A DNA stretch of 64,000 nucleotides from an uncultured Candidatus Saccharibacteria bacterium (GCA_964390845.1 CAYMIL010000002.1:108593-172592), one strand, 5' to 3'. Shown: positions 1 to 10,169, counted from the first letter of the stretch. The notes: generated from the letters alone by a model not told the origin. Translations and numbers: made by a program.

Positions 1-117
1 CACAGACAGAAAGACTACGCCAAGAGAAAGTGCAACAAAAAAAGATGCTATCAACTTCATGCGTTAATTGTAGTGCAAAAATAGCTCTGGTACAATGAAT
101 GAGTACTTCACTCTTTT

Positions 118-1113
118 ATGAAACTTCCAAGCAAAAAAATACTTCTCGTCCTTGTGGCATGTATTGGGGCAGTAGCAATTGTACTTTTTGCAACACGCAT
201 GAACGCATCACCCGCAGTAGAGACGCCTGTTGTACAAAAAAATACTCCGGCAGTCATCGACGTTGCGACACAAAATACCGCAACACTCGATAGCGATAAT
301 GACGGTCTCAAAGACTGGGAAGAAGTGTTATGGAATACTGATCCACACAAAGCAGACAGCAACGACAACGGCATTACAGATGGGGAAGAAATTGCGCTCA
401 AAAAGACAACTCTCCACGATACACCTATCGCAGATGCGACAAGCGCTGAAGAAAAAAAGACAACACAATCCACCCCAACAGGACCACTAACACTCACGGA
501 CCAACTCGCCCGCAATGCGTTTAACGCATACGTATCATTTAAACAGGCCGGTGGAACAGTTGACGCAACAAATGCACAAGACATCGCTCAAAGTATTCTC
601 TCAAACAACCCCCTCACACAACAGATTCCAAAATTTTCTACCCAACACCTTACACACATTATCGACAACGAAACCAGCGACGATATACACACATACGGCA
701 ATGAGCTCTGGGATGTGATGGTGCGCAATACCCCAACGGGGGAGCGAGAAGATGAATTTTCAATCTTTCTCAGTGCGGTACAAAAAGAACGCCCTCAAGA
801 CCTAGCGAAGCTCGACCCCATTATCACTGGCTACGAAAATACCATTCGCGACTTACTCGCCATGAATGTACCTCGAGGAGCAGTGAGCGCCCACCTTGCT
901 CTTATCAACCAAGCAAACATCATACTTGGATATATCCAGGATATGCGTGGATATTTTGAAGACAGCGCTCGTGGTCTTGGTGCGCTCATGTATTACCGAC
1001 CACAATCTGCCGAACTAGAAAAAGCTTTTACTGCAATCATTTCATATTTATCAAATCAAGGAGTGGCGTATGTGGAAGGCGACGGTGGATACGCACTTGT
1101 GCATAGTATATAA
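118..1113 (+). CDS. Membrane-anchored/secreted protein with TSP3-like calcium-binding DxDxDG repeats
   Basis: N-terminal hydrophobic segment (LLVLVACIGAVAIVLFA); repeats DSDNDGLKDWEE and DSNDNGITDGEE; first gene of T4SS-like island. Confidence 0.5.
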   Translation: MKLPSKKILLVLVACIGAVAIVLFATRMNASPAVETPVVQKNTPAVIDVATQNTATLDSDNDGLKDWEEVLWNTDPHKADSNDNGITDGEEIALKKTTLHDTPIADATSAEEKKTTQSTPTGPLTLTDQLARNAFNAYVSFKQAGGTVDATNAQDIAQSILSNNPLTQQIPKFSTQHLTHIIDNETSDDIHTYGNELWDVMVRNTPTGEREDEFSIFLSAVQKERPQDLAKLDPIITGYENTIRDLLAMNVPRGAVSAHLALINQANIILGYIQDMRGYFEDSARGLGALMYYRPQSAELEKAFTAIISYLSNQGVAYVEGDGGYALVHSI

Positions 1114-1125
1114 TTAAGGGATACA

Positions 1126-2118
1126 ATGGCTATCCTTGCGCGAGATGTTGTAAAAATGTGGCGACATGTAGCATGTGCTGTAATCATCAGCATCGCAGTT
1201 TTTCTTCCGACACACGCGAACGCACAAGTTGCAGTGCCTGTTGTGGAGCTTGAAGGCTCTCCACTCCTCGTTTCTACTGTACAAACAACTCTATACGCCA
1301 ATGATATCGCGTGGAACAGCGCATACCTTACCGCAAAAGAGGCGGGAACAGCAATGTACAACGGCGTGCCTGTTAGCGGGGCACAACTACTTGCAATGCA
1401 GGGTGGTGGAAGCAACCCCGCAAGCGCAAGCGCCGACTCACTCGCAAACAGAATCCTAAAGCCACTCATCAAACAGTTTACGAACTCTATTGTTGCGTGG
1501 ATAAACAACGGCTTTCAAGGCGGACCACAATTCGTAACAGACCCTCAGTCATTCTTCCTCTCGACGGCAGATCGTGTTGCGGGCAACTTCATCTATACAG
1601 ACCCCGACCTCAACTTCCTTTGCTACCCACTTCTCAAGCTCTCGCTCAACCTCGGCTATTCAAAACCATTTAAAGATGAAATTAAATGTACACTGTCGCA
1701 GGTCATCGACAATGTCGACGATTTTACAAGAGATTTTTCAAAAGGATCGTGGCCAGCATGGTTTAGTGTTACTCAAAACCAACAAAACAACCCGTTTGGC
1801 GCATACGTACTTGCAGAAAACGAGCTCACAAAGCGCATTGCAAGCCAAATTTCGACAGACAAAATGCAACTTGAATGGGGAAAAGGCATACTTTCCGCAC
1901 AAGACTGTCTGCAGTCCGACTACAGAACTGGTGACTGTCTTCAGTATGGCCCGATAAAAACACCGGGTACCGTTATCAACGACCAGCTCTCTGCCGCTCT
2001 CGGCGACGGCCTACGCCAGCTTGAGCTTGCTGATGAATTTGATGAGATTGTCGGCGCTTTGATTGGCCAGCTTATGGATCAAGTAGTAATGAAGGTCGGT
2101 GGTTTGCGTGGCTCTTAG
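1126..2118 (+). CDS. Hypothetical secreted protein
   Basis: Signal-peptide-like N-terminus (AVIISIAVFLPTHANAQ); no recognisable catalytic motif; within T4SS-like island. Confidence 0.55.
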   Translation: MAILARDVVKMWRHVACAVIISIAVFLPTHANAQVAVPVVELEGSPLLVSTVQTTLYANDIAWNSAYLTAKEAGTAMYNGVPVSGAQLLAMQGGGSNPASASADSLANRILKPLIKQFTNSIVAWINNGFQGGPQFVTDPQSFFLSTADRVAGNFIYTDPDLNFLCYPLLKLSLNLGYSKPFKDEIKCTLSQVIDNVDDFTRDFSKGSWPAWFSVTQNQQNNPFGAYVLAENELTKRIASQISTDKMQLEWGKGILSAQDCLQSDYRTGDCLQYGPIKTPGTVINDQLSAALGDGLRQLELADEFDEIVGALIGQLMDQVVMKVGGLRGS

Positions 2119-2130
2119 TCGGTACAACAC

Positions 2131-4416
2131 ATGAAGTTCATGTTTAAAAAAAGAATAGCACCACTTCTCTGTGTACTCATTCTCTTGGGAGGCTTTTTTC
2201 TAGCGACTCCCGCGACTGCGCATGCTAATGAAGTTTTATACTCTACCCTAAATGCAATAAATCCAGGGCTTGGGGCGGCGTATTTAGCATACGAATCAGG
2301 TGTTTCAATAGAGAGCCTACTTGCGCACATGCTTGCAAGCATTGGTGCACTTGTCATCATGGTGGCGGGCTGGTTTCTTGGTGTTGCAGGCATGCTTCTT
2401 GATTTTGTCATCAAATACACGGTTGTCTCAATGTCAGAAACAATATCCAACACACGAGCTATCAATACCGCATGGACAGTATTTCGAGATTTGGCAAACA
2501 TGTTCTTTATTTTCATCCTGATCTATGAAGCAATACGAACAATTCTTGGTATATCTGGGGTCAGCGCAAAAAAAGTGCTCACCAACGTCATCATCGTCGC
2601 GCTCCTTCTCAACTTCAGCCTCTTCTTCACAAAGATAATGATTGACGCCTCAAACATTGTTACTCTTGGTTTTTATAACAAGGTTACTGAGATGAGTGGG
2701 GGAAACAACACCACTGTCGGAGAGCATATCGGCCTCGCTGGTCCATTTCTTGCAAAAATGGGTCTCACCGGTCTCTTTAGTATTGATTCTGTTGTGGCTG
2801 GAAGTAATGGTGTGCTTGCTGGTGGGAACCTAAAAACAATCGGGATTAATGCACTCCTTGCGTCAACATTTCTCTTTATTACGGGAATGGTTTTTTGGGC
2901 CGCAAATATAATGTTTATTTCTCGGTTCGTCACACTCGTATTCCTCATGATTCTTTCACCAATTGCATTCGCGGGTGCAGTTATTCCTGACGCGGGAATG
3001 TCTAAAAAATGGTGGAAGGGTCTTTTCAGCAATCTTTTTTTTGCACCAGCATACATGGCGATGGTGTGGGTAAGTATTGTTGTTCTCGACGGTGTCCTCC
3101 CAAAACGAGACCCCACAAAATGGGCACAGGTGCTTGTGGCAAACGGAGGCGTGGTGCCCTCTGAAGACGCACTCGGCTTAATCCTCAGTTGGATTATTGT
3201 GTGCGCAATGATTATCGGCTGTCTCATTGTTGCAAAAGATTTTGGCGCCAAGGGCGCAGATTCCGCTTTGGAAAGACTCAAAAAATGGGGGGCATCTGCT
3301 CGAGACTGGACAGCGGGCAAGGTTGGCCGAACAGCACTTCGTGCTACAGGCGTTACTGGTCTCGATAAGCGAATTCGAGAAAGCAAATTTGGTGAAACAT
3401 GGTACGGAGATATGTTCCGACGGGCAACAACGGGTGCCGTCCTTAATAAAAAGGTTTATGGGCGCTCTATCAATGATGCCAACAAAGATGCTAAAAAACG
3501 TGGCGAAGAGAGAGCAAACCAAGCAGACGAAAATGCTAGACGACGTGCTGCGACAGCATTTGAAGAAAATCTTGAGAGTACCCGACAAAACCGCTCTAGC
3601 GATCTCTCAAGCGCTATCAACAACCAATACATAGCAAATCAACAAACTCGAAATGCTGCGACAGCTGCAGCTGCTGCACAGGCACACGTTGTTGCTCAGA
3701 CGTCTGGTGACCGCATGACACCTGAAGAGATAGAAAATCTCGCAAAGGAAATTTCTGCCGAAGAAGCAGTATTACGAAATCCGACAATCTTTATTTCTAC
3801 AACTGAACGAGCAGACAAGCAGAATCGTATCAATGACGCAAAAGCAAAAATTGCACGGGCAAACGCCGCGGAAAAGGCTGTGGCAGACGCAACAAAGGAA
3901 GCGAAGGAGAAGGAGGAGGAACATAAAAAAGGACTCGAGAAACATGCGCAACTCGTTGAAGACAAGAGGAAGATTGACGACCTTATCCGCACAAAAGCGA
4001 AGGCAACCAAAGAAGAGGTGGAGGACGCGAAAACAGGAATTAATGCCCACATTTCTCGAGAGCTCAATAGAACCGCCGATACTATCAGTAGCAAGAGAAG
4101 GGGTTATAAGGAACGCCAAGAAGCGGCAGAAAGACGATACGCTCGCGCACTTGAAAAACTACGCAATAGCAACGGCATGATTGAGGAGTTTGTACGCACA
4201 ATACCGTGGGTTGTGGAGGGCGCTCGCTCTGCACGTGTTGTAAACTGGGCCGCAAGCGCAGTCCAAAATGCGTATCGCGAGGCACGAAGTTCGAGCAGTG
4301 AGACGGCCGCAAAGAAACTTCGAGATGCGGCAAAAAATCCTGGAAAGAAGAAAAGGGAGGAGATTATCGCTGAATTTCTAAGAAAAGAAGAAGAAAAGGA
4401 AGAAGGAAAAAAGTAA
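2131..4416 (+). CDS. VirB6/TrbL-like polytopic membrane protein with long charged C-terminal coiled-coil tail
   Basis: Signal peptide, then about 8 hydrophobic helices over the first ~390 aa, then ~370 aa K/E/A-rich tail; adjacent to VirB4. Confidence 0.5.
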   Translation: MKFMFKKRIAPLLCVLILLGGFFLATPATAHANEVLYSTLNAINPGLGAAYLAYESGVSIESLLAHMLASIGALVIMVAGWFLGVAGMLLDFVIKYTVVSMSETISNTRAINTAWTVFRDLANMFFIFILIYEAIRTILGISGVSAKKVLTNVIIVALLLNFSLFFTKIMIDASNIVTLGFYNKVTEMSGGNNTTVGEHIGLAGPFLAKMGLTGLFSIDSVVAGSNGVLAGGNLKTIGINALLASTFLFITGMVFWAANIMFISRFVTLVFLMILSPIAFAGAVIPDAGMSKKWWKGLFSNLFFAPAYMAMVWVSIVVLDGVLPKRDPTKWAQVLVANGGVVPSEDALGLILSWIIVCAMIIGCLIVAKDFGAKGADSALERLKKWGASARDWTAGKVGRTALRATGVTGLDKRIRESKFGETWYGDMFRRATTGAVLNKKVYGRSINDANKDAKKRGEERANQADENARRRAATAFEENLESTRQNRSSDLSSAINNQYIANQQTRNAATAAAAAQAHVVAQTSGDRMTPEEIENLAKEISAEEAVLRNPTIFISTTERADKQNRINDAKAKIARANAAEKAVADATKEAKEKEEEHKKGLEKHAQLVEDKRKIDDLIRTKAKATKEEVEDAKTGINAHISRELNRTADTISSKRRGYKERQEAAERRYARALEKLRNSNGMIEEFVRTIPWVVEGARSARVVNWAASAVQNAYREARSSSSETAAKKLRDAAKNPGKKKREEIIAEFLRKEEEKEEGKK

Positions 4417-4458
4417 GGACGAGTGAACACTTGAATAAATAACATTTATAATACACAC

Positions 4459-5106
4459 ATGAATGATCAAGAACTACAAGAAACCTTAAGCGCACGATGG
4501 AAAGAACTTCCCGAGAACGTTCGGGCACTTATACTTTCTCCTGATTTCAAAAAAACCATCGGGGATATTGGGACACAATACAGTCTCTCAGCAGACCAAC
4601 AAGATGCACTGTATCAAGAAACATTTTTTGTCGTATTTGGCATCATTCACCTCATGGACTTCACCGACAACGTCGAGCGGGAAGTTGCCGTTTCAAAAGA
4701 ACAGGCCCGCACACTCGCTCGCGAGGTCGGCAACCGACTGTTCGTTACAATAAAAGACTATCTCAAAGAGCGGGGGGACGAGCTCGAAGCTTCAAAAAAA
4801 GAGAGTGCTCCGGAAGATGGACCCGCACAATCAGCAGATGAGGCAATCGCCGGCGTACAAATCGAGCCAACAATCGAAGCACCCTCCACACAAGAAGAAA
4901 CCTCAACAATCGATCGAGAAAAACTCCTCAAAGAAATTGAGCAACCAAGCACAATAGCTCCAACCCCTCAAAACACCTCACGGACTACTATCGACAGCAA
5001 GCTCAGTACGGTCGTAAAGATTCCAACAGAGTCCGTGCATGTAGACATGAATAAACCCACAAACTCATATAAAGGCCAAGACCCATACAGAGAGCCCCTT
5101 GAGTAA
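4459..5106 (+). CDS. Hypothetical acidic protein (T4SS island)
   Basis: Long ORF in a tight same-strand array; no motif recognised. Confidence 0.5.
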   Translation: MNDQELQETLSARWKELPENVRALILSPDFKKTIGDIGTQYSLSADQQDALYQETFFVVFGIIHLMDFTDNVEREVAVSKEQARTLAREVGNRLFVTIKDYLKERGDELEASKKESAPEDGPAQSADEAIAGVQIEPTIEAPSTQEETSTIDREKLLKEIEQPSTIAPTPQNTSRTTIDSKLSTVVKIPTESVHVDMNKPTNSYKGQDPYREPLE

Positions 5107-5117
5107 GACGCCACGCC

Positions 5118-5561
5118 ATGCGATTTCAAGTTCCACAATTTACTGACGTAGAAGACAAAATCTTTGGACCACTGACGTTCAAGCAATTTCTCTATCTCGC
5201 GGGTAGTGGGGGAGCTTGCCTCATCATTTTTTACTACGTTCCGATTCGTCTTATTGCCTTTGTTCTCATGGCGCCGGTAATAGCCTTTGGTGTTGCTCTT
5301 GCATTCTACAAAGTAAACAACAAGCCATTTATCAATGTCGTCGAAGCATTTTTCAAATACGCAATCACAAGCAAGCTCTATATTTGGAAACACGATGAAA
5401 AAAGAGTCGTCTCTCCGTCGGCAACACAAGCCCTCGCGGCTCCTTTGTTGCCAAAACTGTCGAGTAGCAAACTCAAGGATCTTACTTGGTCACTTGATGT
5501 AACAGGAAATCTCAATCCTGTAGAAAAGCCAAGTACAATGAACAGAAAAAATGAGCTATAA
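5118..5561 (+). CDS. PrgI-family (VirB3-like) small membrane protein
   Basis: 147 aa; conserved FG motif (KIFGPLTFKQFLYL); two hydrophobic helices; immediately upstream of VirB4. Confidence 0.5.
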   Translation: MRFQVPQFTDVEDKIFGPLTFKQFLYLAGSGGACLIIFYYVPIRLIAFVLMAPVIAFGVALAFYKVNNKPFINVVEAFFKYAITSKLYIWKHDEKRVVSPSATQALAAPLLPKLSSSKLKDLTWSLDVTGNLNPVEKPSTMNRKNEL

Positions 5562-5571
5562 TTGAGGGTAT

Positions 5572-6219
5572 ATGGCAACCAATGCGCGCGCTTCTCAAGA
5601 TTTTGTACCCATTCTCGATGTAAAAGACGGCATCGTTACTCTCAAAGACGGCTCTCTGCGCGCCGTACTCATGGCATCTTCAATCAACTTCTCCCTTAAA
5701 TCAGACGACGAACGCGCGGCTATCTTGTACCAGTTCCAAGACCTGCTCAACTCGCTCGATTTTTCCATGCAAATTTTTGTACAATCACGACGCCTTGATA
5801 TCCGTCCATACATAGCGCTCATGGAACAACGAGAAAAAGACCAAACGACCGACCTTATGAAAATTCAGGTGGAAGAATATATAGAGTTCATCAAAAACTT
5901 CACAGAAACGACAAATATCATGACAAAGCGTTTCTTTATCATCGTTCCATACGCACCAGCGGTGTTGCAGGGTAAAAATCCCGTCACAAACCTTTTTGGT
6001 GGGGGGAAGCGTAGTGAAGCAAAAGAAAGCGGTAACCAGCAAAAGTTTGAGGAAAATCGCACCCAGCTTGAGCAGCGCCTGTCTGTCGTCGAGCAAGGCC
6101 TGATGCGTTGCGGAGTCAAAACGATACAACTGGGCACAGAGGAAGTTATAGAATTATTCTATAAAATCTTCAACCCGGGAGAGGCAGAGAAGCCAATACA
6201 ATTAGAACAACTTGCATGA
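5572..6219 (+). CDS. VirB4 N-terminal domain (separate ORF)
   Basis: ILDVKDGIVTLKDGSLRAVL...INFSLKSDDE pattern typical of Gram-positive-type VirB4 N-termini; stop overlaps next ORF start (ATGA). Confidence 0.45.
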   Translation: MATNARASQDFVPILDVKDGIVTLKDGSLRAVLMASSINFSLKSDDERAAILYQFQDLLNSLDFSMQIFVQSRRLDIRPYIALMEQREKDQTTDLMKIQVEEYIEFIKNFTETTNIMTKRFFIIVPYAPAVLQGKNPVTNLFGGGKRSEAKESGNQQKFEENRTQLEQRLSVVEQGLMRCGVKTIQLGTEEVIELFYKIFNPGEAEKPIQLEQLA

Positions 6220-8039
6220 GTATCTTTGGAAGCCTTTTTGGCAAAAAACAAAATACAACAGAAGAGCTCACCGGTCTTTTGCCACACGAGATCTACAAAG
6301 CACAAGCGCTTGATCTTAAAGACATCATTGCTCCGAGCGCGCTAAAAATCGGCCCGCGCGAACTTAACCTTGGCGACAAAATCGTCAGAACGTTTTTTGT
6401 AATTTCATACCCACGTTTTCTCGGAGAAAGTTGGTTTGCTCCCATCATCAACCTCGACCGAGTTTTTGATGTGTCGATCTTCATTCACCCCATAGATACC
6501 GTGCGCGTATTGCGACAATTTCAGAAAAAGGTTGCCGAGGTGCAGAGCCAGATTAATGAGCGAGAAGAGAAGGGTATGGTGCGCGACCCGATGCTCGACA
6601 CCGCATACCAAGATCTCGAAAATCTCCGAGACAGTCTCCAACAAGCACAGGAAAAATTGTTTGATGTTGGTCTCTATGTTTCAATCTACGCCGACTCCGC
6701 GCAAGAACTCGACAAAATCGAGTCTGAAATCCGCTCAATCCTTGAATCAAAACTTGTATACGTCAAACCAGCACTCTTTCAGCAAGAGCAGGGGTATAAG
6801 AGCGTCATGCCTATCGGCACAGATACCCTCGGCGTACACTCAAAACTCAACTCTTCACCGCTTTCGAGCCTGTTTCCATTTGTATCATTCGATCTTTCAC
6901 AAGATAGAGGGATTTTGTATGGTATCAACAGACACAACTCAAGCCTCGTGTTGTTTGATCGATTTATGATGGAAAACTACAACTCCATCACATTTGCAAA
7001 ATCTGGTTCTGGAAAATCATACATGACGAAGCTCGAGATTCTTCGCACACTCATGTTTGATACTGAGGTAATTGTCATCGACCCAGAGCGAGAGTACGAA
7101 TACATGGCAGAAGCTGTGGGAGGACGATACTTCAAAATCTCACTCAACTCAGAGCACCACATCAATCCTTTTGACCTTCCACCCCCTGGAAAAGACGAAT
7201 CAAACGCGAGTGTCCTTCGAAGCAACATCATCAACCTCGTTGGTTTATTTAGACTCATGCTCGGCGGTCTTACCGCAGAAGAAGATGCGATCATCGACCG
7301 CGCAATCACAGAAACATACGCGCTCAAAGATATCACTGCCGATTCTGATTTTTCAAACATCGAACCTCCACTCATGTCAGACTTCGAGCTCGTGCTCTCT
7401 GGTATGGAGGGAGGGGAGTCGCTTGCACAACGCCTTTCAAAATACACAAAAGGTACGTGGTCTGGTTTTATCAATCGACCATCAAACGTCGATATCAACA
7501 AAAAGTTTATCGTCTTCTCATTGCGCGACATGGAAGACGAGCTTAAGCCAATCGCCATGTATATTGTCACACACTATATCTGGAGTACGGTTCGCAAAAA
7601 CATTAAGCGCCGCCTCCTCGTGATAGACGAGGCGTGGTGGATGATGAAATCCGAAGACACCGCATCATTCTTGCTTAGTCTTGCAAAGCGAGGACGAAAA
7701 TATTTCCTTGGTCTCGCGACAATCACACAAGACGTCGACGACTTCCTCAAATCCCCATACGGCCTCCCGATTATCACCAACTCATCGATTCAGATTTTAC
7801 TCAAACAGTCTCCGACATCGATGGACAAGCTCCAGCAAACTTTCAACCTTACAGACGAAGAAAAGTACCTTCTCCTTGAGTCGGGCGTGGGGGAGGGAAT
7901 CTTCTTTGCTGGGAAACATATTGCGATAAAAACAATCGCCTCCTACACTGAACACCAAATTATCACCTCAGATCCTTCCGAGGTGCTTGCGATACAAAAA
8001 GCCCGAGAGGAGCTTGAGGCAACCGGTCAATCACAATAG
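6216..8039 (+). CDS. virB4: VirB4/TrbE-like type IV secretion ATPase (C-terminal ATPase portion)
   Basis: Walker A FAKSGSGKSYMTK; Walker B LLVIDEAWWMM; size and context. Confidence 0.8.
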   Translation: MSIFGSLFGKKQNTTEELTGLLPHEIYKAQALDLKDIIAPSALKIGPRELNLGDKIVRTFFVISYPRFLGESWFAPIINLDRVFDVSIFIHPIDTVRVLRQFQKKVAEVQSQINEREEKGMVRDPMLDTAYQDLENLRDSLQQAQEKLFDVGLYVSIYADSAQELDKIESEIRSILESKLVYVKPALFQQEQGYKSVMPIGTDTLGVHSKLNSSPLSSLFPFVSFDLSQDRGILYGINRHNSSLVLFDRFMMENYNSITFAKSGSGKSYMTKLEILRTLMFDTEVIVIDPEREYEYMAEAVGGRYFKISLNSEHHINPFDLPPPGKDESNASVLRSNIINLVGLFRLMLGGLTAEEDAIIDRAITETYALKDITADSDFSNIEPPLMSDFELVLSGMEGGESLAQRLSKYTKGTWSGFINRPSNVDINKKFIVFSLRDMEDELKPIAMYIVTHYIWSTVRKNIKRRLLVIDEAWWMMKSEDTASFLLSLAKRGRKYFLGLATITQDVDDFLKSPYGLPIITNSSIQILLKQSPTSMDKLQQTFNLTDEEKYLLLESGVGEGIFFAGKHIAIKTIASYTEHQIITSDPSEVLAIQKAREELEATGQSQ

Positions 8040-8050
8040 GAAACACCGCC

Positions 8051-8644
8051 ATGCATTCCGACAGTAAGATTACAACAATCACCGCAGTACTCATGCTTAT
8101 CTGCGCTCTTGGTATTGATGTTACGCAAGCGCTTCTTGATCTCCTCGACCTCACCCTGGTATTGGCCATTATTGTACACATCATCAATTGGATCCTCGAT
8201 ATTATGGGTGGTATTGGTTTTTTTATCTGGCTCAAATCACACGGGGTGCAGTTTGTGAGCGCAAAACGCATTTTAAGCTTCTTTGGACCTCTCTGCGCAG
8301 AGTTCTTCCCGATTGTAGATGCCCTTCCGTTGTGGGGACTAGGTATCATTCTCACTGTTCTTTCCGTTTGGGCCGAAGAATCTATTTATATACTCACCGG
8401 GTTTGAAGTCAGCATAAACAACAGTCTGGCAAACATGGGTAGCAAAAACACCAAACGAAAGGGTTCTGGGAACGCAAAGCTCCCAAGTATCAACAACATG
8501 GACAAGCAAGAGCTTAGTGAATTTTCAAATAAGGTAGGGGCGGCGCTTTCAAGAACACAACAACTCAAACCGATGCCGGCAACCCAGAAAGCTGGTGGGG
8601 TAGGTAGCACAATCCGTGCTGGTGCCTCTCGAGCTATACGTTGA
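8051..8644 (+). CDS. Hypothetical polytopic membrane protein (T4SS island)
   Basis: Four hydrophobic segments; hydrophilic C-terminal tail. Confidence 0.5.
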   Translation: MHSDSKITTITAVLMLICALGIDVTQALLDLLDLTLVLAIIVHIINWILDIMGGIGFFIWLKSHGVQFVSAKRILSFFGPLCAEFFPIVDALPLWGLGIILTVLSVWAEESIYILTGFEVSINNSLANMGSKNTKRKGSGNAKLPSINNMDKQELSEFSNKVGAALSRTQQLKPMPATQKAGGVGSTIRAGASRAIR

Positions 8645-8688
8645 ACAAACAATCGCGCGTGATAGAATAAGTTGGTAAAACTTTCTAT

Positions 8689-9687
8689 ATGAAACGCTTG
8701 TTTTTCTATGTAATTCTCCTTGCTTTTGTATCTTTCTATGGGCACAGTTCAAACGTGCACGCTCAGACACTGCCGAGTTTTTCTCTTCCCAATACCGCAC
8801 AGCTGACCATCACTCCTCAGTACCCCGAACCCAACCAAACTGTTAACGTTCACCTAGAAAACTATGCGTACAATCTCAACACCCTTGAGGTCGTGTGGTC
8901 TCTCAACGGCGTAGAACAAAAGCGGGGGATTGGAGAGAAAGATTTTCAGTTTACAGTGGGGGCGCTTGGCACACCGTCTACAGTGTCTGTGTCCACAAGT
9001 GCTTTTTCGGGGAGTGTACAGGTAGTGCCAACATCTATGGACATAATCTGGCAGGCGCAAACATACACACCTCCGTTTTATAAAGGCAGAGCTCTCTATA
9101 CATACCAAAGCGATGTGGAATTTATCGCAATCCCCGCAATTGTCGGAACAAATGGCGCACTGATGGACCCAAAAACACTTGTATATACATGGACACGTAA
9201 CGGAACCGTCATCGGCGCGGCGTCTGGGTATGGAAAAAATGTATTTAAGACAAGTTCGGGGGTACTCGCGCGAGCACTCACGATTCAGGTAGATGCCACA
9301 ACACCAGACAATTCAATAAAAACAACGCGTACCATCGAACTCGGTGGTATATCACCAGAAATTGTGTTGTACGAAAACCACCCACTCTACGGCATGCTCT
9401 ACAACACCGCGCTTCCAGAAACATTTAACCTTTCAACAAAAGAAATTGCGGTCTCCGCTGTTCCATATTTCTTTGGTGTCGCGCGTCGTGATGCTCCAAC
9501 ACTTTCGTATGAGTGGAAAATGAACGGGTCAACAATAGCAAACCAGGCAAACCCTGCGTCCCTTGTCTTACGACAACCAGAAGGAAGTGGGGGAGGTGAT
9601 GCATCGATCTCACTCAGTATTCAGGATATACAGAACATGATTCAGTATGCACAAAAAACATTTAACATAACCTTTGGAACAGAATGA
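8689..9687 (+). CDS. Hypothetical secreted protein
   Basis: Signal peptide (ILLAFVSFYGHSSNVHAQ); beta-rich composition. Confidence 0.55.
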   Translation: MKRLFFYVILLAFVSFYGHSSNVHAQTLPSFSLPNTAQLTITPQYPEPNQTVNVHLENYAYNLNTLEVVWSLNGVEQKRGIGEKDFQFTVGALGTPSTVSVSTSAFSGSVQVVPTSMDIIWQAQTYTPPFYKGRALYTYQSDVEFIAIPAIVGTNGALMDPKTLVYTWTRNGTVIGAASGYGKNVFKTSSGVLARALTIQVDATTPDNSIKTTRTIELGGISPEIVLYENHPLYGMLYNTALPETFNLSTKEIAVSAVPYFFGVARRDAPTLSYEWKMNGSTIANQANPASLVLRQPEGSGGGDASISLSIQDIQNMIQYAQKTFNITFGTE

Positions 9688-10169
9688 GTATGAAATATAC
9701 ACACAACATAGCGATTTTCTGTGCACTCTGCGCCGTGTTCTTCAGTCTTGTCGTTACACACGCACAAGCGCAAACAGCAAACCCTACTGGCGCGGCACCA
9801 AAAGAATACGCCCCGCTGAGCCCGCTACCAAAGACAACTCCCTGCGGAGACAACATTCCCTCTGGCGCCCAAGGAGGTAGTAGTTGCAAAACAACCCTTG
9901 CGACATACCTACCCGGCGTCTTTAAATTTAGCATCGGTATCGCCGGCGTTCTCGCTGTAATTATGATAGTGATTGGTGGAATACAGTACCTATCAACAGA
10001 CGCGTGGTACGGAAAAGAAGAGGGGAAGACAAAAATCAAACAAGCGATTGGGGGGCTCGCACTCGCAATAGCGGCTTGGTTTGTCCTCAACGCAATCAAT
10101 CCAAATCTCCTCAAAATCAACGCAAACCTACCTACAGTACAACCGTCGCAAACAACTTCAACACCATAA
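9684..10169 (+). CDS. VirB2/TrbC-like pilin-like protein
   Basis: Signal peptide, hydrophilic stretch with 2 Cys, then two hydrophobic helices separated by a short loop (classic VirB2 topology); 4-nt overlap with upstream gene. Confidence 0.5.
   Translation: MSMKYTHNIAIFCALCAVFFSLVVTHAQAQTANPTGAAPKEYAPLSPLPKTTPCGDNIPSGAQGGSSCKTTLATYLPGVFKFSIGIAGVLAVIMIVIGGIQYLSTDAWYGKEEGKTKIKQAIGGLALAIAAWFVLNAINPNLLKINANLPTVQPSQTTSTP

Noticed and set aside
108-584. 158-aa minus-strand ORF
   Set aside because: Lies antisense entirely inside the 331-aa plus-strand gene that has a signal/TM and repeat motifs; low-complexity S/V-rich translation typical of antisense frames
2673-4445. Several minus-strand and alternate-frame ORFs (2673..3386, 3178..3588, 3696..4094, 3772..4119, 3833..4180, 4104..4445)
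   Set aside because: All nested in the 761-aa TrbL-like gene; translations are low-complexity and mirror the K/E/A-rich coding strand; no independent support
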